DNA of 64,000 nt from Thermodesulfobacteriota bacterium (GCA_049323935.1 JBMONN010000007.1:340-64339); one strand, 5' to 3'. Positions 47,046 to 56,217 are shown, numbered from the stretch's first letter. The notes: a model not told the origin generated them from the sequence alone. Numbers and translations: made by a program.

Positions 47046-49261
47046 TCATGGATGACCTGCTCCATACAGCCCGCACCTTTCTTGCGAACCCTGATTCCCC
47101 GCCTCCTTCGTTTTCCGGGGCGCCCGAGCTTGTTCCGCTCGCCGAACTCCTTTTCACCCTCATTACCGAAAACCACGCCCTGAAAAAGGATCACAGCCAA
47201 GCCATCGACTATCTGCGCCGCAAGATCGACCAGCTGCTGGTGGTCATCGGCACCATTCCCCTGCGGCCTGAGGAGCTGGACAACGCATCGCTCATCAGCA
47301 TCGATCCCATCGGCATCATTGCTGAATCCTTTACCCAGATTCTTGCTCATCTGCGCCAGACCAACGAAAAACTCGAGGTTGCCATGGAGGAGATCCAGGC
47401 GATTTTCGAAGCGGTCGGCGGCGGCATTTTGGTCCTTGACACCAACAAACAGATCCTCTCTTACAATCACAAACTGCAGGAAATGTTCGGCCGCGAGGGC
47501 GAAACCCTGCTGGGCAAGACCTGCAAAGATCTGATCTGCAGGGGAACCGCCCCAAGGGGCTGCGTTTTCGACGCCATGATGAAATCGGGTCGTCCCACCG
47601 CCATCAGTCACTGTGCCGGCACAGCCCACCATTACAACATCACCGCCACCCCGGTGAAGGATCGCAACGGCTTAATCATCCGGGCGGTGTTGCTCTATAC
47701 CGATATCTCCGAACTGATGGCGGCCAAAGATGATCTGGCCGATGAGAAGGAACGACTTTCTCTCACCCTTGAAAGCATTGCCGAAGGGGTCGTGGCCACC
47801 GACACCAACGGCTCTGTCGTGCTGATGAACCGGGTGGCGGAGACACTCTCCGGTTGGTCCAGCATAGACGCTTTGGGCCGGCAGATCTGCGAGATTTTCC
47901 CGCTGCGTCCGGATCAGGACAATCCTTCCTGCTTCGATCTCTTTGCCGACGTCCTGCGGGAGGGCAGTCAGGCGGCTCGAATCGCCAATGCCCGCCTCTG
48001 TGACCGGACCGGCACCAGCCGCCTTATCACGGTCAGCGTCGCCCCGATCCGTCGCGGCAATCAGCTGGATCACACCGGCGCCATCTTCGTTTTCCGCGAT
48101 ATCACCCATGAAAAGGCACTGGAAGAGGAACTGTTCAAGGCCTCAAAAATCGAATCCCTTGGCGTTCTTGCCGGCGGCATTGCCCATGATTTCAACAATC
48201 TGCTGACCTCGATCCTCGGCAATATCGCCCTGGCCAAAAGACATCTCCAACCGGACAACATGATCTACCAGTTTCTCAACGATTCCGAACGGGCCTCCTC
48301 CCGGGCCAGGAGTCTGACCCACCAATTACTGACCTTTGCCAAAGGCGGGGCGCCGATCCAGACCCTCACTTCAAGCAGCAGACTGATCAGCGAGGCCGCC
48401 CGCTTTGCCGCCACCGGCTCGCGGATCAAATGCACCTTCGCCCTGGCCGAGGATCTCTGGAATGTCACGGTTGATGAAGGGCAGATCGGCCAGGTCATCC
48501 AGAATCTGGTCATCAATGCCGACCAGGCCATGCCGGCTGGCGGCATTATCTCCATCACGGGCGAAAATATCATCGTCGATGCCGCGGACAATGTTCCGCT
48601 GCAACCGGGGCGGCACATCAAAATCGGTATCCATGACCGGGGCGCCGGCATCAACAGCAACTATCTCGACAAGATCTTCGACCCATACTTCACCACCAAG
48701 GAGGCCGGCCACGGTCTCGGCCTGGCCATCAGCTATTCAATCGTCAAAAAACATCAGGGCCACATCCATGCCGAACCGCGCCCGGGCGGCGGCACAAGCT
48801 TTTTTGTCTACCTGCCTGCCGCAGCCGACACCGTGGCGGACAATCGCGAGCAACCGCGCCGGACTTCCGCCGGTCAGGGAAGAATTCTGGTCATGGATGA
48901 TGAGGAGATGGTCCGGGATGTGGCCGTCCAGATGCTGCAGATGCTGGGCTACCAGGCCGACGGCTGCGCGGACGGCAAAGAGGCCATTGCCTGCTATCAG
49001 ACAGCGGAACACACCGGCCGCCCCTACGACGCGGTGATCATGGACCTGACCATTCCGGGCGGAATGGGCGGCAAAGATGCCCTGGCTGCATTGCAAAAGA
49101 TCACACCGACAGTCAGGGCTATTGTCTCAAGCGGCTATGCCAATGACCCGATCATGGCCGACTTCCGGCGTTACGGATTTTCCGCCGTGGTGCCCAAACC
49201 ATACGACGTTGATCAGCTCGGCACCGTTATCAGCCGGGTTCTTGAACAAGAAGGGGGATAA
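47042..49261 (+). CDS. Cytoplasmic hybrid sensor histidine kinase (two PAS, HisKA, HATPase, receiver)
   Basis: The track ORF starts at 46766. The ATG at 47042 overlaps the tusA-like stop. H-box GIAHDFNNLLTSILG, ATPase G-boxes DRGAGI/GHGLGLA, and a C-terminal receiver ILVMDDE...VIMDLTIPGGMGG. No TM segment seen. Confidence 0.88.
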   Translation: MIMDDLLHTARTFLANPDSPPPSFSGAPELVPLAELLFTLITENHALKKDHSQAIDYLRRKIDQLLVVIGTIPLRPEELDNASLISIDPIGIIAESFTQILAHLRQTNEKLEVAMEEIQAIFEAVGGGILVLDTNKQILSYNHKLQEMFGREGETLLGKTCKDLICRGTAPRGCVFDAMMKSGRPTAISHCAGTAHHYNITATPVKDRNGLIIRAVLLYTDISELMAAKDDLADEKERLSLTLESIAEGVVATDTNGSVVLMNRVAETLSGWSSIDALGRQICEIFPLRPDQDNPSCFDLFADVLREGSQAARIANARLCDRTGTSRLITVSVAPIRRGNQLDHTGAIFVFRDITHEKALEEELFKASKIESLGVLAGGIAHDFNNLLTSILGNIALAKRHLQPDNMIYQFLNDSERASSRARSLTHQLLTFAKGGAPIQTLTSSSRLISEAARFAATGSRIKCTFALAEDLWNVTVDEGQIGQVIQNLVINADQAMPAGGIISITGENIIVDAADNVPLQPGRHIKIGIHDRGAGINSNYLDKIFDPYFTTKEAGHGLGLAISYSIVKKHQGHIHAEPRPGGGTSFFVYLPAAADTVADNREQPRRTSAGQGRILVMDDEEMVRDVAVQMLQMLGYQADGCADGKEAIACYQTAEHTGRPYDAVIMDLTIPGGMGGKDALAALQKITPTVRAIVSSGYANDPIMADFRRYGFSAVVPKPYDVDQLGTVISRVLEQEGG

Positions 49262-49275
49262 CAGGCGAACCGGAC

Positions 49276-49671
49276 TCAGGAGGCATTTTCCCGCATCTCC
49301 TCGAAATATTTCCGGTCCGTGCCAAGGATATGGTTTTTCAGCCAGCTGACGAGAAATTGTAAGACATCAAGGGTGATGTCGGCCTTTCCCTGCAGATAGT
49401 CCTTTTGCAGTTGCAGGGTTTTCCTGACAAAAGAAAAATGCTCGCGGCGGTGCTCCTCAAAGTGCGGATGGGCTTGTAAATACCCTTCCTCACACTTGAA
49501 GTGAAAATCGATGTAGTTAACCATCTCTTCGAGCACCTCGGGCAACCCGGCCTTATCCGGACCGCCGAAATTCTCGATAAAACGGTTAAGCAGGGCAAAG
49601 AGTTGCTGATGCTGCCGATCGACCTCCTCCACCCCGACATTGTATTTTTCTTCCCATTTGACCAGATCCAT
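49276..49671 (-). CDS. Bacteriohemerythrin
   Basis: The track ORF starts at 49707. The ATG at 49671 (MDLVKWEEKYNVGVEEVDRQHQQLFALLN), with GGGAG upstream, matches the canonical hemerythrin N-terminus. His/Glu/Asp iron ligands are in H-x-x-x-E and HFxxEE contexts. Confidence 0.8.
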   Translation of the reverse strand: MDLVKWEEKYNVGVEEVDRQHQQLFALLNRFIENFGGPDKAGLPEVLEEMVNYIDFHFKCEEGYLQAHPHFEEHRREHFSFVRKTLQLQKDYLQGKADITLDVLQFLVSWLKNHILGTDRKYFEEMRENAS

Positions 49672-49734
49672 CCCATGCTCCCACTTGCCCGATCCCGCCA
49701 TCGACACATGTCGGTGGCAACCGGTTGTTCATGA

Positions 49735-50457
49735 TTATTTTTTCCCCTCTGCCTCCAGGGCGGCAAGATAGGGGCCAAACAGCTCGTCATAGTCCCGCAG
49801 GCCCTTTTTGAGGATCAGGGGAAAGGCGGAAAGATCGTTGTCGTTGATAACCAGATTGGCGCTGTTGGCGAGGGCCTCGAGGTTGTACAGGGTGTGAAAC
49901 TGCGGCCCGACCAGCACATAAAAGATGGAGCGGCGGCTGGTCATGGGCATTGTCTGCATATGGGCATGCACGGTGGAAGATACCAGCTCTCCCTCGAAAG
50001 CTGCATGCAGCACCACCGCGGCGACGGTGGTGAAGCGCATCCGCTCCAGGGCGTCCTCCTCGCTTTTCGGCAGGATCGGCTTGTACCCCATATCATCGAA
50101 AAACTGGGCCATATCGATGCGGATCTGCTCATCCTCCATCAGAATGATGACCTGCGGCACATCCTCGATGACCTCGCCGGTGCCGAGATCCCCGCGCTCG
50201 AGCCAACCGAGATCGGGCGGCCCTGGAGGCGGAGGCGTCCTGCCGGGCGCCGTGCTCCGGCGAAGAGGTGGAGTGACGAGTTGCCCCGTCGTCTCGGTCT
50301 CTTCCTGTCTCCGCACCTCGATCGGTTTCTGACAGTGAGGGCAGTTGAACTTCAACGCCCGGCCCGGCGGCAGGGCGGCAAGGGCATGTTCAATCTTCTG
50401 CCGCTGCGCCTCGTTGAGCCCCAGCTCCCGGCCACAGTTGCTGCATACGGATATCAT
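49735..50457 (-). CDS. Zinc-ribbon protein with a C-terminal receiver-like (apparently non-phosphorylatable) domain
   Basis: 240 aa. N-terminal CSNCG...CPHC ribbon, a Pro-rich linker, then QVIILMEDEQ...YKPILPKSEEDALERMR...VAAVVLHAAF, which reads like CheY beta1-beta3 with His where the acceptor Asp is expected. By eye only. Confidence 0.6.
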   Translation of the reverse strand: MISVCSNCGRELGLNEAQRQKIEHALAALPPGRALKFNCPHCQKPIEVRRQEETETTGQLVTPPLRRSTAPGRTPPPPGPPDLGWLERGDLGTGEVIEDVPQVIILMEDEQIRIDMAQFFDDMGYKPILPKSEEDALERMRFTTVAAVVLHAAFEGELVSSTVHAHMQTMPMTSRRSIFYVLVGPQFHTLYNLEALANSANLVINDNDLSAFPLILKKGLRDYDELFGPYLAALEAEGKK

Positions 50458-50499
50458 TGTCTCCCCTCGTAGTTATCGGTTATATAGCCGGGTTTTTGG

Positions 50500-51678
50500 T
50501 CAGGAAAATGCATCATACTTGCTTTTCTTCTCCTCCTCCATGGACAGGCCGGTAATGCCCGAGGTTGTCTCACCCTTGGCCGCCTTGATGCGGTCGAGGC
50601 CACGGCCCATGGCGCTGCGGCGCGAACAGTAGCCCATGGCGGTTTCCTCGCTGACCAGTCCCTTTTCGTAAAGCTGCAGGATGTACTGATCAAACGTTGT
50701 CATGCCCATGGCGGTGCCGTCACTGATGATCTCGTAAAAGGTCTTGCCCTCCGACTCGCCGTTGAGGATGACCTCCCGGACCCGCAGATTCATGCCCATC
50801 ACCTCGAAAGCGGCCACCCTGCCGCCGCCGACCTTGGGCAGCAGCCGCTGACAGACGATCCAGCGGATAGTGTCCACCAGCCGGTTGCGGATCTGCGGCT
50901 GCTCGTCATGCTCGAACATGCCGAGGCAGCGGTTGATGGTGGAGCCGGCGTCCACCGTGTGCAGGGTGCTGAGCACGAGGTGACCGGTTTCGGAGGCGGT
51001 CAGGCCGATCTCCATCGTCTCCCGGTCACGCATCTCGCCGACGAGAATAACCTTGGGCGCCTGACGGAGGGCGGCGCGCAGACCGTTGGCAAAGGTGTCG
51101 AAATCGTTGCCCTGCTCCCGCTGGTTAAAGGTCGCCTTCAGATGGGGATGGACAAACTCGATGGGATCTTCCAGGGTGACGACGTGCACCGCCCGCTCAT
51201 GGTTGATCTTGTTGAGCAGGGCCGCCAGGGTGGTCGATTTACCGGAGCCGGTGGCGCCGGTGACGAGGATGAGGCCATTCAACTCATCCGACATCCGGTT
51301 CATCACCGTCGGCAGATTGAGGCCACTGATGGTGGGAATCTCGGTGGGCAGCTTACGCAGCACGGTGGAGATATTGTTTTTCTGGGAAAAGACGTTGACC
51401 CTGAAACGGGCCTTCTTCTCCAGCCAGTAGGAAAGGTCACAGGAGCCGGTGTGGGCGAGATCCTTGAGCAGCCGTTTGTTGCCGCCGATCAGGTTGAGGG
51501 CGAAGACCTCGGCCTGAAAGGGGGTGATTTCCGGCACCTCCGGCTCAACCTGCACCGGACTCAGGACCCCGGAGGTCTCCACCTGCAGCGACTTGCCCAC
51601 CGTGATGTTGAGATCGGAAACATTGCTATAGGCCTCCAGCATGGAGGCGATCCAATAATCGATTTCCGGCTGTTTCAT
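50500..51678 (-). CDS. pilT: Type IV pilus retraction ATPase, PilT/PilU family
   Basis: 392 aa. Walker A GATGSGKSTT, Asp box, Walker B VILVGEMRD and His box TGHLVLSTLHT. Confidence 0.9.
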   Translation of the reverse strand: MKQPEIDYWIASMLEAYSNVSDLNITVGKSLQVETSGVLSPVQVEPEVPEITPFQAEVFALNLIGGNKRLLKDLAHTGSCDLSYWLEKKARFRVNVFSQKNNISTVLRKLPTEIPTISGLNLPTVMNRMSDELNGLILVTGATGSGKSTTLAALLNKINHERAVHVVTLEDPIEFVHPHLKATFNQREQGNDFDTFANGLRAALRQAPKVILVGEMRDRETMEIGLTASETGHLVLSTLHTVDAGSTINRCLGMFEHDEQPQIRNRLVDTIRWIVCQRLLPKVGGGRVAAFEVMGMNLRVREVILNGESEGKTFYEIISDGTAMGMTTFDQYILQLYEKGLVSEETAMGYCSRRSAMGRGLDRIKAAKGETTSGITGLSMEEEKKSKYDAFS

Positions 51679-51687
51679 TGTCTATCC

Positions 51688-52929
51688 TCACTTGTCGGTC
51701 GGTCGGGCACGGTCGCCCTCCTGCCGTAAAAGAAAAAAAGAGAGGGTGCCGGGTTGCTTCATCACCCCCGCCGCCAGCTCCGCATCGCGTCCGTGGCCGA
51801 AAAAAAAATCGGCCCGGCCCGGCCCGCGGATGGCGGCGCCGCTGTCCTGATTGACGACAAAACGATGCACCCCGCGCCAGCCGATCAACCTGCCCTGGTC
51901 GTCGAAACGGGGCAGCTCGGTTTCCAGAAAGCCGATCATGGGGCCGGGAAAACACTTCGGATCAAGCGCCACCGAGCGGCCGGCGGTCAGGGGCTGCCCC
52001 ATACTGCCGACCGGTCCGGCCCCGAAGTCGCCCGTTGCCGCCTCCCCCAACGTGAAAAAAATGTAACGCGCATTGGCCTGCAACACCGCCTCCCGCTCCT
52101 CCGGATGATCCCGCAGATAGTTGATGATCCGCGGCAGAGTCACCTCGTCAAGACTCATGGCCCCTCGCTCGACCAGCTCGCGGCCGATACTCCGATAGGG
52201 CCGGCCGTTGTTTGCCGCGTAGCGAACCGGGCGGATGTTCCCATCCGGCAGTCGCACCCGGCCGGAGCCCTGGACATGCAGGATGAACGCATCGAGCGGA
52301 TCGGCAAGATAGAGAATTTCATGGCCGGACGGCAAACGCCCCCCCTCGATTTCCGCCCGGCTCCAGTAGGGCAGCAGTTTCCCGCCAACCATGCGGCCCA
52401 CTGCCACCTCTCCGTTCGCCGTCCGCCCTGTCACCAGATCCGCTGGCGGCCGATAGAGCGGATAGAGATAGGGCGGTCTTTTCTCCAGGCTGCCGGCCAG
52501 CAACGGCTCATAGTAGCCGGTGATCAGCATGGTGCCGGCGCCGTCCGTCCCGGTCGCCCGGCAGACAATGAAATTTTCCAGGAGAAACCGCTGAGCCTTT
52601 ACGGGATCGGCCTCCGCGACCACCTTCCGGGAAAACAGTTCGAGCCCGGCGCGCAGCAGGGCGGCAGAATACGTGCGGCCACAGAGGTGGAACTGACGGT
52701 CCTGATCGATTTTACCCAGAAAAACAATGCTTCTGTCAATACTTTGTTGCAGATCTGCAGGGCTGCAATCGTCCTGAAAAAAAACCACACGCCCACTGTC
52801 GTCACCTTCTTGTTTCGCAGCAGGAAAGGCGAAGGCTGGCGCCAGTACAAAAAAAAGCAGCAGCGCCCCGCCCAGATGAACCACTGTTGTCAAAATCCGT
52901 CTCATACTCGCGGTAGCCGGTATCCGCAT
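51688..52929 (-). CDS. mltA: Membrane-bound lytic murein transglycosylase A
   Basis: The track ORF starts at 53079. The ATG at 52929 (MRIPATASMRRILTTVVHLGGALLLFFVLAPAFA), with GGAGG 5 nt upstream, gives a signal peptide. MltA and 3D-domain features are present (GYYEPLL, SVALDP, FVVNQDSGAAIRGPGRADFFFG). Confidence 0.85.
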   Translation of the reverse strand: MRIPATASMRRILTTVVHLGGALLLFFVLAPAFAFPAAKQEGDDSGRVVFFQDDCSPADLQQSIDRSIVFLGKIDQDRQFHLCGRTYSAALLRAGLELFSRKVVAEADPVKAQRFLLENFIVCRATGTDGAGTMLITGYYEPLLAGSLEKRPPYLYPLYRPPADLVTGRTANGEVAVGRMVGGKLLPYWSRAEIEGGRLPSGHEILYLADPLDAFILHVQGSGRVRLPDGNIRPVRYAANNGRPYRSIGRELVERGAMSLDEVTLPRIINYLRDHPEEREAVLQANARYIFFTLGEAATGDFGAGPVGSMGQPLTAGRSVALDPKCFPGPMIGFLETELPRFDDQGRLIGWRGVHRFVVNQDSGAAIRGPGRADFFFGHGRDAELAAGVMKQPGTLSFFLLRQEGDRARPTDK

Positions 52930-53342
52930 GGGCGCCTCCTCACCCGGGCAGCAGCTATGCGCTGCCCTCCAAATCTCCTGCCGAACAAGTCTACCACAGC
53001 ACCACGGTCGTGACCATGCCGGATGGCGCCGTAATGAGAAAAAATTCTCCTTGACATGAACCGGACTGTCCGTCAACATGAAGAATCATTCGCAACATTA
53101 AAAAAAAGCATCGCGTCTTTTTTTTCTTGACCTTGCCCGAGGCCATTGGGTATCTAGTGAAGGTTTTTTTAGGTAGGTCTACCTTCAGTAAGAGTACTGA
53201 CGATTTTTCCTCACCCACGCTGTCAAACACAACCCGTTCCCCGCTGTCGCCATGCCCAGGGCGTCAGAACACCCTCCAGTGGGGGAGATATCTCTGTCAG
53301 TCACGAGTCCAGTGTTTTTCAAACATATCGTACGGAGGCACC

Positions 53343-55328
53343 ATGAGCACAGAAGAAAGCAAAATTGAAAGCCTGATGACCGAAGATCGCATCTTCCCGC
53401 CCCCCGCCGAAGGCCAGGCGACCGCCCATGTCAAGAGCATGGATGAGTACCGGGCCCACTACCAGCGCTCCATGGAAGACCCAGAGGGCTTCTGGGCCGA
53501 CCGGGCCGCGGAACTAATCACCTGGGACAACAAATGGGACAAAGTACTGGATGCGGATCTGCACAAACCGGAAATCAAATGGTTTCAGGGCGGTCGGCTG
53601 AATATCTCGGCCAACTGTCTTGATCGTCATCTGACCAATGGTCGCCGCAACAAAGCCGCTATCATCTTTCAGGGGGAGCCGGAAGATGACGTCAGAGTCT
53701 ACACCTATCAGATGCTGCACCGAGAGGTCTGCCGATTCGCCAATGTCCTGAAAAAATACGGGGTGAAAAAGGGAGACCGGGTCTCCGTCTATCTGCCGAT
53801 GATTCCCGAACTGGCCATTTCCTTGCTTGCCTGCGCTCGCATCGGGGCCATTCACTCCGTAGTCTTTGCCGGCTTTTCCGCCCACAGCCTGCGCAGCCGG
53901 GTCCAGGACTGCGAGGCCAAGGTGCTGATCACCGCCGACGCCGTGCTGCGGGCCGGCAAAACCATTCCCTTAAAACCCAATGCCGACGAGGCCCTGGATG
54001 AATGCGACAGCGTCAAAAACTGCATCGTCGTCAAACGGGCCGGCAACGCGATTGCCATGAAAGAGGGACGCGATGTCTGGTGGCACGAGGAGATGAGCGA
54101 TCCTGGCCTCACCGATAACTGTCCGCCGGAGAGCATGGAGGCGGAAGATACCCTCTTCATCCTTTACACCAGCGGCAGCACCGGCAAACCGAAAGGGGTA
54201 GTGCACACCACTGGCGGTTATATCACTTACGCGGCCCACACCTGCCAGTGGGTCTTCGACCTCAAGGACAACGATGTCTTCTGGTGCACCGCCGACATCG
54301 GCTGGATCACCGGACATTCGTATATTCTTTATGGGCCGCTCGCCCTCGGCGCCACCACCGTCATGTTCGAAGGCGTGCCATCATGGCCGGCGCCGGACCG
54401 TTTCTGGAAGGTGGTGGAGAAATTCAAGGTCAATATCTTTTACACCGCCCCAACCGTCATCCGCGCCCTGATGCGCGACGGCGTCGAATGGACGCAGAAG
54501 CATGACATCTCCTCCCTGCGCCTTTTGGGCAGCGTCGGCGAACCGATCAATCCCGAGGCGTGGATGTGGTATCACACCCATATCGGCGGTTCACAGCTAC
54601 CCATTGTCGATACCTGGTGGCAGACGGAGACCGGCGGCATCATGATCTCGGCCCTGCCCTACGCCACCCCGCTCAAACCAGGCTCCGCCACCTTCCCCCT
54701 GCCCGGCATCGACGTCGACATCTACGACGAGCACGGCAAGTCGACCGGGATCAACGAGGGCGGCCATCTGGTGGTGAAAAAACCATGGCCCGGCATGCTG
54801 CGCGGCGTCTTCGGCGACCCGGAGCGGTTCAAGAAAACCTATTTCGACCGCTACCCCGGCATCTATGATCCGGAAGACGGGGTGCGGCGCGATGCCGACG
54901 GCTACTACTGGATCATGGGCCGGCTCGATGACGTTATCAACGTCTCCGGTCATCGGCTCGGCACCGCCGAAATCGAATCCGCCCTGGTAGCTCACGAAGC
55001 AGTGGCGGAAGCGGCGGTGGTCGGCGCTCCCCATCCAATCAAAGGCCAGACCATTTACTCCTATGTATCCCTGAAAGCAGGTGTCGAGCCTACCGATGAA
55101 CTACGCCAGGCCCTGCGTACCCATGTCCGCAAGGAAATCGGCCCCATAGCCACCCCGGAGATCATCCAGTTCTCACCCGGACTACCCAAGACAAGAAGCG
55201 GCAAAATCATGCGACGTATTCTGCGTAAGATCGCGGCCGGTCAGGATGACTTCGGCGACACCTCAACCTTGGCCGACCCGACCGTGGTAGACGATCTGGT
55301 CAGCGGCAGTAAGACCGCCGGCAAGTAG
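53343..55328 (+). CDS. acs: Acetyl-CoA synthetase (AMP-forming)
   Basis: The track ORF starts at 53127. The ATG at 53343 has GGAGG upstream. Acs N-terminus [18 protein letters not shown]-binding motif [11 protein letters not shown], and C-terminal SGKIMRR. Confidence 0.95.
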   Translation: MSTEESKIESLMTEDRIFPPPAEGQATAHVKSMDEYRAHYQRSMEDPEGFWADRAAELITWDNKWDKVLDADLHKPEIKWFQGGRLNISANCLDRHLTNGRRNKAAIIFQGEPEDDVRVYTYQMLHREVCRFANVLKKYGVKKGDRVSVYLPMIPELAISLLACARIGAIHSVVFAGFSAHSLRSRVQDCEAKVLITADAVLRAGKTIPLKPNADEALDECDSVKNCIVVKRAGNAIAMKEGRDVWWHEEMSDPGLTDNCPPESMEAEDTLFILYTSGSTGKPKGVVHTTGGYITYAAHTCQWVFDLKDNDVFWCTADIGWITGHSYILYGPLALGATTVMFEGVPSWPAPDRFWKVVEKFKVNIFYTAPTVIRALMRDGVEWTQKHDISSLRLLGSVGEPINPEAWMWYHTHIGGSQLPIVDTWWQTETGGIMISALPYATPLKPGSATFPLPGIDVDIYDEHGKSTGINEGGHLVVKKPWPGMLRGVFGDPERFKKTYFDRYPGIYDPEDGVRRDADGYYWIMGRLDDVINVSGHRLGTAEIESALVAHEAVAEAAVVGAPHPIKGQTIYSYVSLKAGVEPTDELRQALRTHVRKEIGPIATPEIIQFSPGLPKTRSGKIMRRILRKIAAGQDDFGDTSTLADPTVVDDLVSGSKTAGK

Positions 55329-55512
55329 CCTCCGGTCCTTCCCATGCCAACGGGCGCCTTGCGGGGCGCCCGTTCTTTTTTACGATAAAGTGGGCAACGA
55401 TTTTCCCTTGACAGAAGAAAGCCGGCGCGACTAGGCTACAAAGAGCAACCATCGGATTCGGCCCACCATACCGGCCGACAAAACGTGATGGTCTCGCAAA
55501 AAGCCGCAAAAC

Positions 55513-55592
55513 ATGGCAGGCTGGAAAGCGAAAACAACGAGTTACAAAACACGGCCCATCGGAATCGTCGCTTCTTACGATTTCGACAAAAC
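55513..55592 (+). repeat. Copy 2 of the roughly 78-nt intergenic repeat
   Basis: ATGGCAGGCTGGAAAGCGAAAACAACGAGTTACAAAACACGGCCCATCGGAATCGTCGCTTCTTACGATTTCGACAAAAC. 10-bp stem with one G-U pair. Same orientation as the PilZ gene, whose ATG lies 36 nt downstream. Confidence 0.8.
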
Positions 55593-55627
55593 CTATTCCC
55601 GTCCCCAGTTCGAGGGGAGCAGCCATT

Positions 55628-55981
55628 ATGTCGGAAGAACGGAGAAAACAGCCACGCCACGATTCCCTCCATCTCACCTATCTCTGCGTGGATGAGGAGG
55701 GTTCCATCGTGCAGGAGGGCATGGGCAGAACCCTCAATGTCTCGGAAGGAGGAATTTTGCTCGAAACCCACTTTGCCATGACAGCCGGTGGCTCGGTGAT
55801 CGTGCAGATCGCCCTCGAAGAGGAACTGATCAGCCTGAAGGGCCGGGTGATCCATTGTCGGCAGCAGGAGGGCGGCCAGGTCTGCCAGTCCGGGGTACAA
55901 TTTGCGGAAATCCCGGCTGAAGCCCGGGACGCTCTGCGCCGCATCATCGCGCTCTTTGCCGACCGCCAGCATCGCGCATGA
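55628..55981 (+). CDS. PilZ-domain (c-di-GMP-binding type) protein
   Basis: 117 aa. N-terminal RRKQPR (RxxxR) and NVSEGG (D/NxSxxG) motifs. GGGGAG SD 8 nt upstream. Confidence 0.8.
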   Translation: MSEERRKQPRHDSLHLTYLCVDEEGSIVQEGMGRTLNVSEGGILLETHFAMTAGGSVIVQIALEEELISLKGRVIHCRQQEGGQVCQSGVQFAEIPAEARDALRRIIALFADRQHRA

Positions 55982-56217
55982 CTCCGCGTTGCCCGGAATT
56001 GCTTGCCGCCATGACTACCGACCCTTCTTCCAGCCACGGCCTTCTGTGGCGCAAGATCGTTGCGGCGGACCGGCGCAGGGTGAAAGCCGGGATCGGCTGT
56101 TTTGTCATGCTGGCCATCGGTACCCTGCCAACCCTCTTCTCCGACCCCCTCCAATACCTGACAGGACTTTTTTACTGCCTGCTCTTTTCCCTGATAATTG
56201 CCTGGCTCATCTTCTGA
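55978..56217 (+). CDS. Small membrane protein (79 aa) coupled to the PilZ gene
   Basis: ATGA overlap with the PilZ stop. Two hydrophobic segments (GIGCFVMLAIGTLPTLF, LTGLFYCLLFSLIIAWLIF). No family recognised. Confidence 0.4.
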   Translation: MTPRCPELLAAMTTDPSSSHGLLWRKIVAADRRRVKAGIGCFVMLAIGTLPTLFSDPLQYLTGLFYCLLFSLIIAWLIF

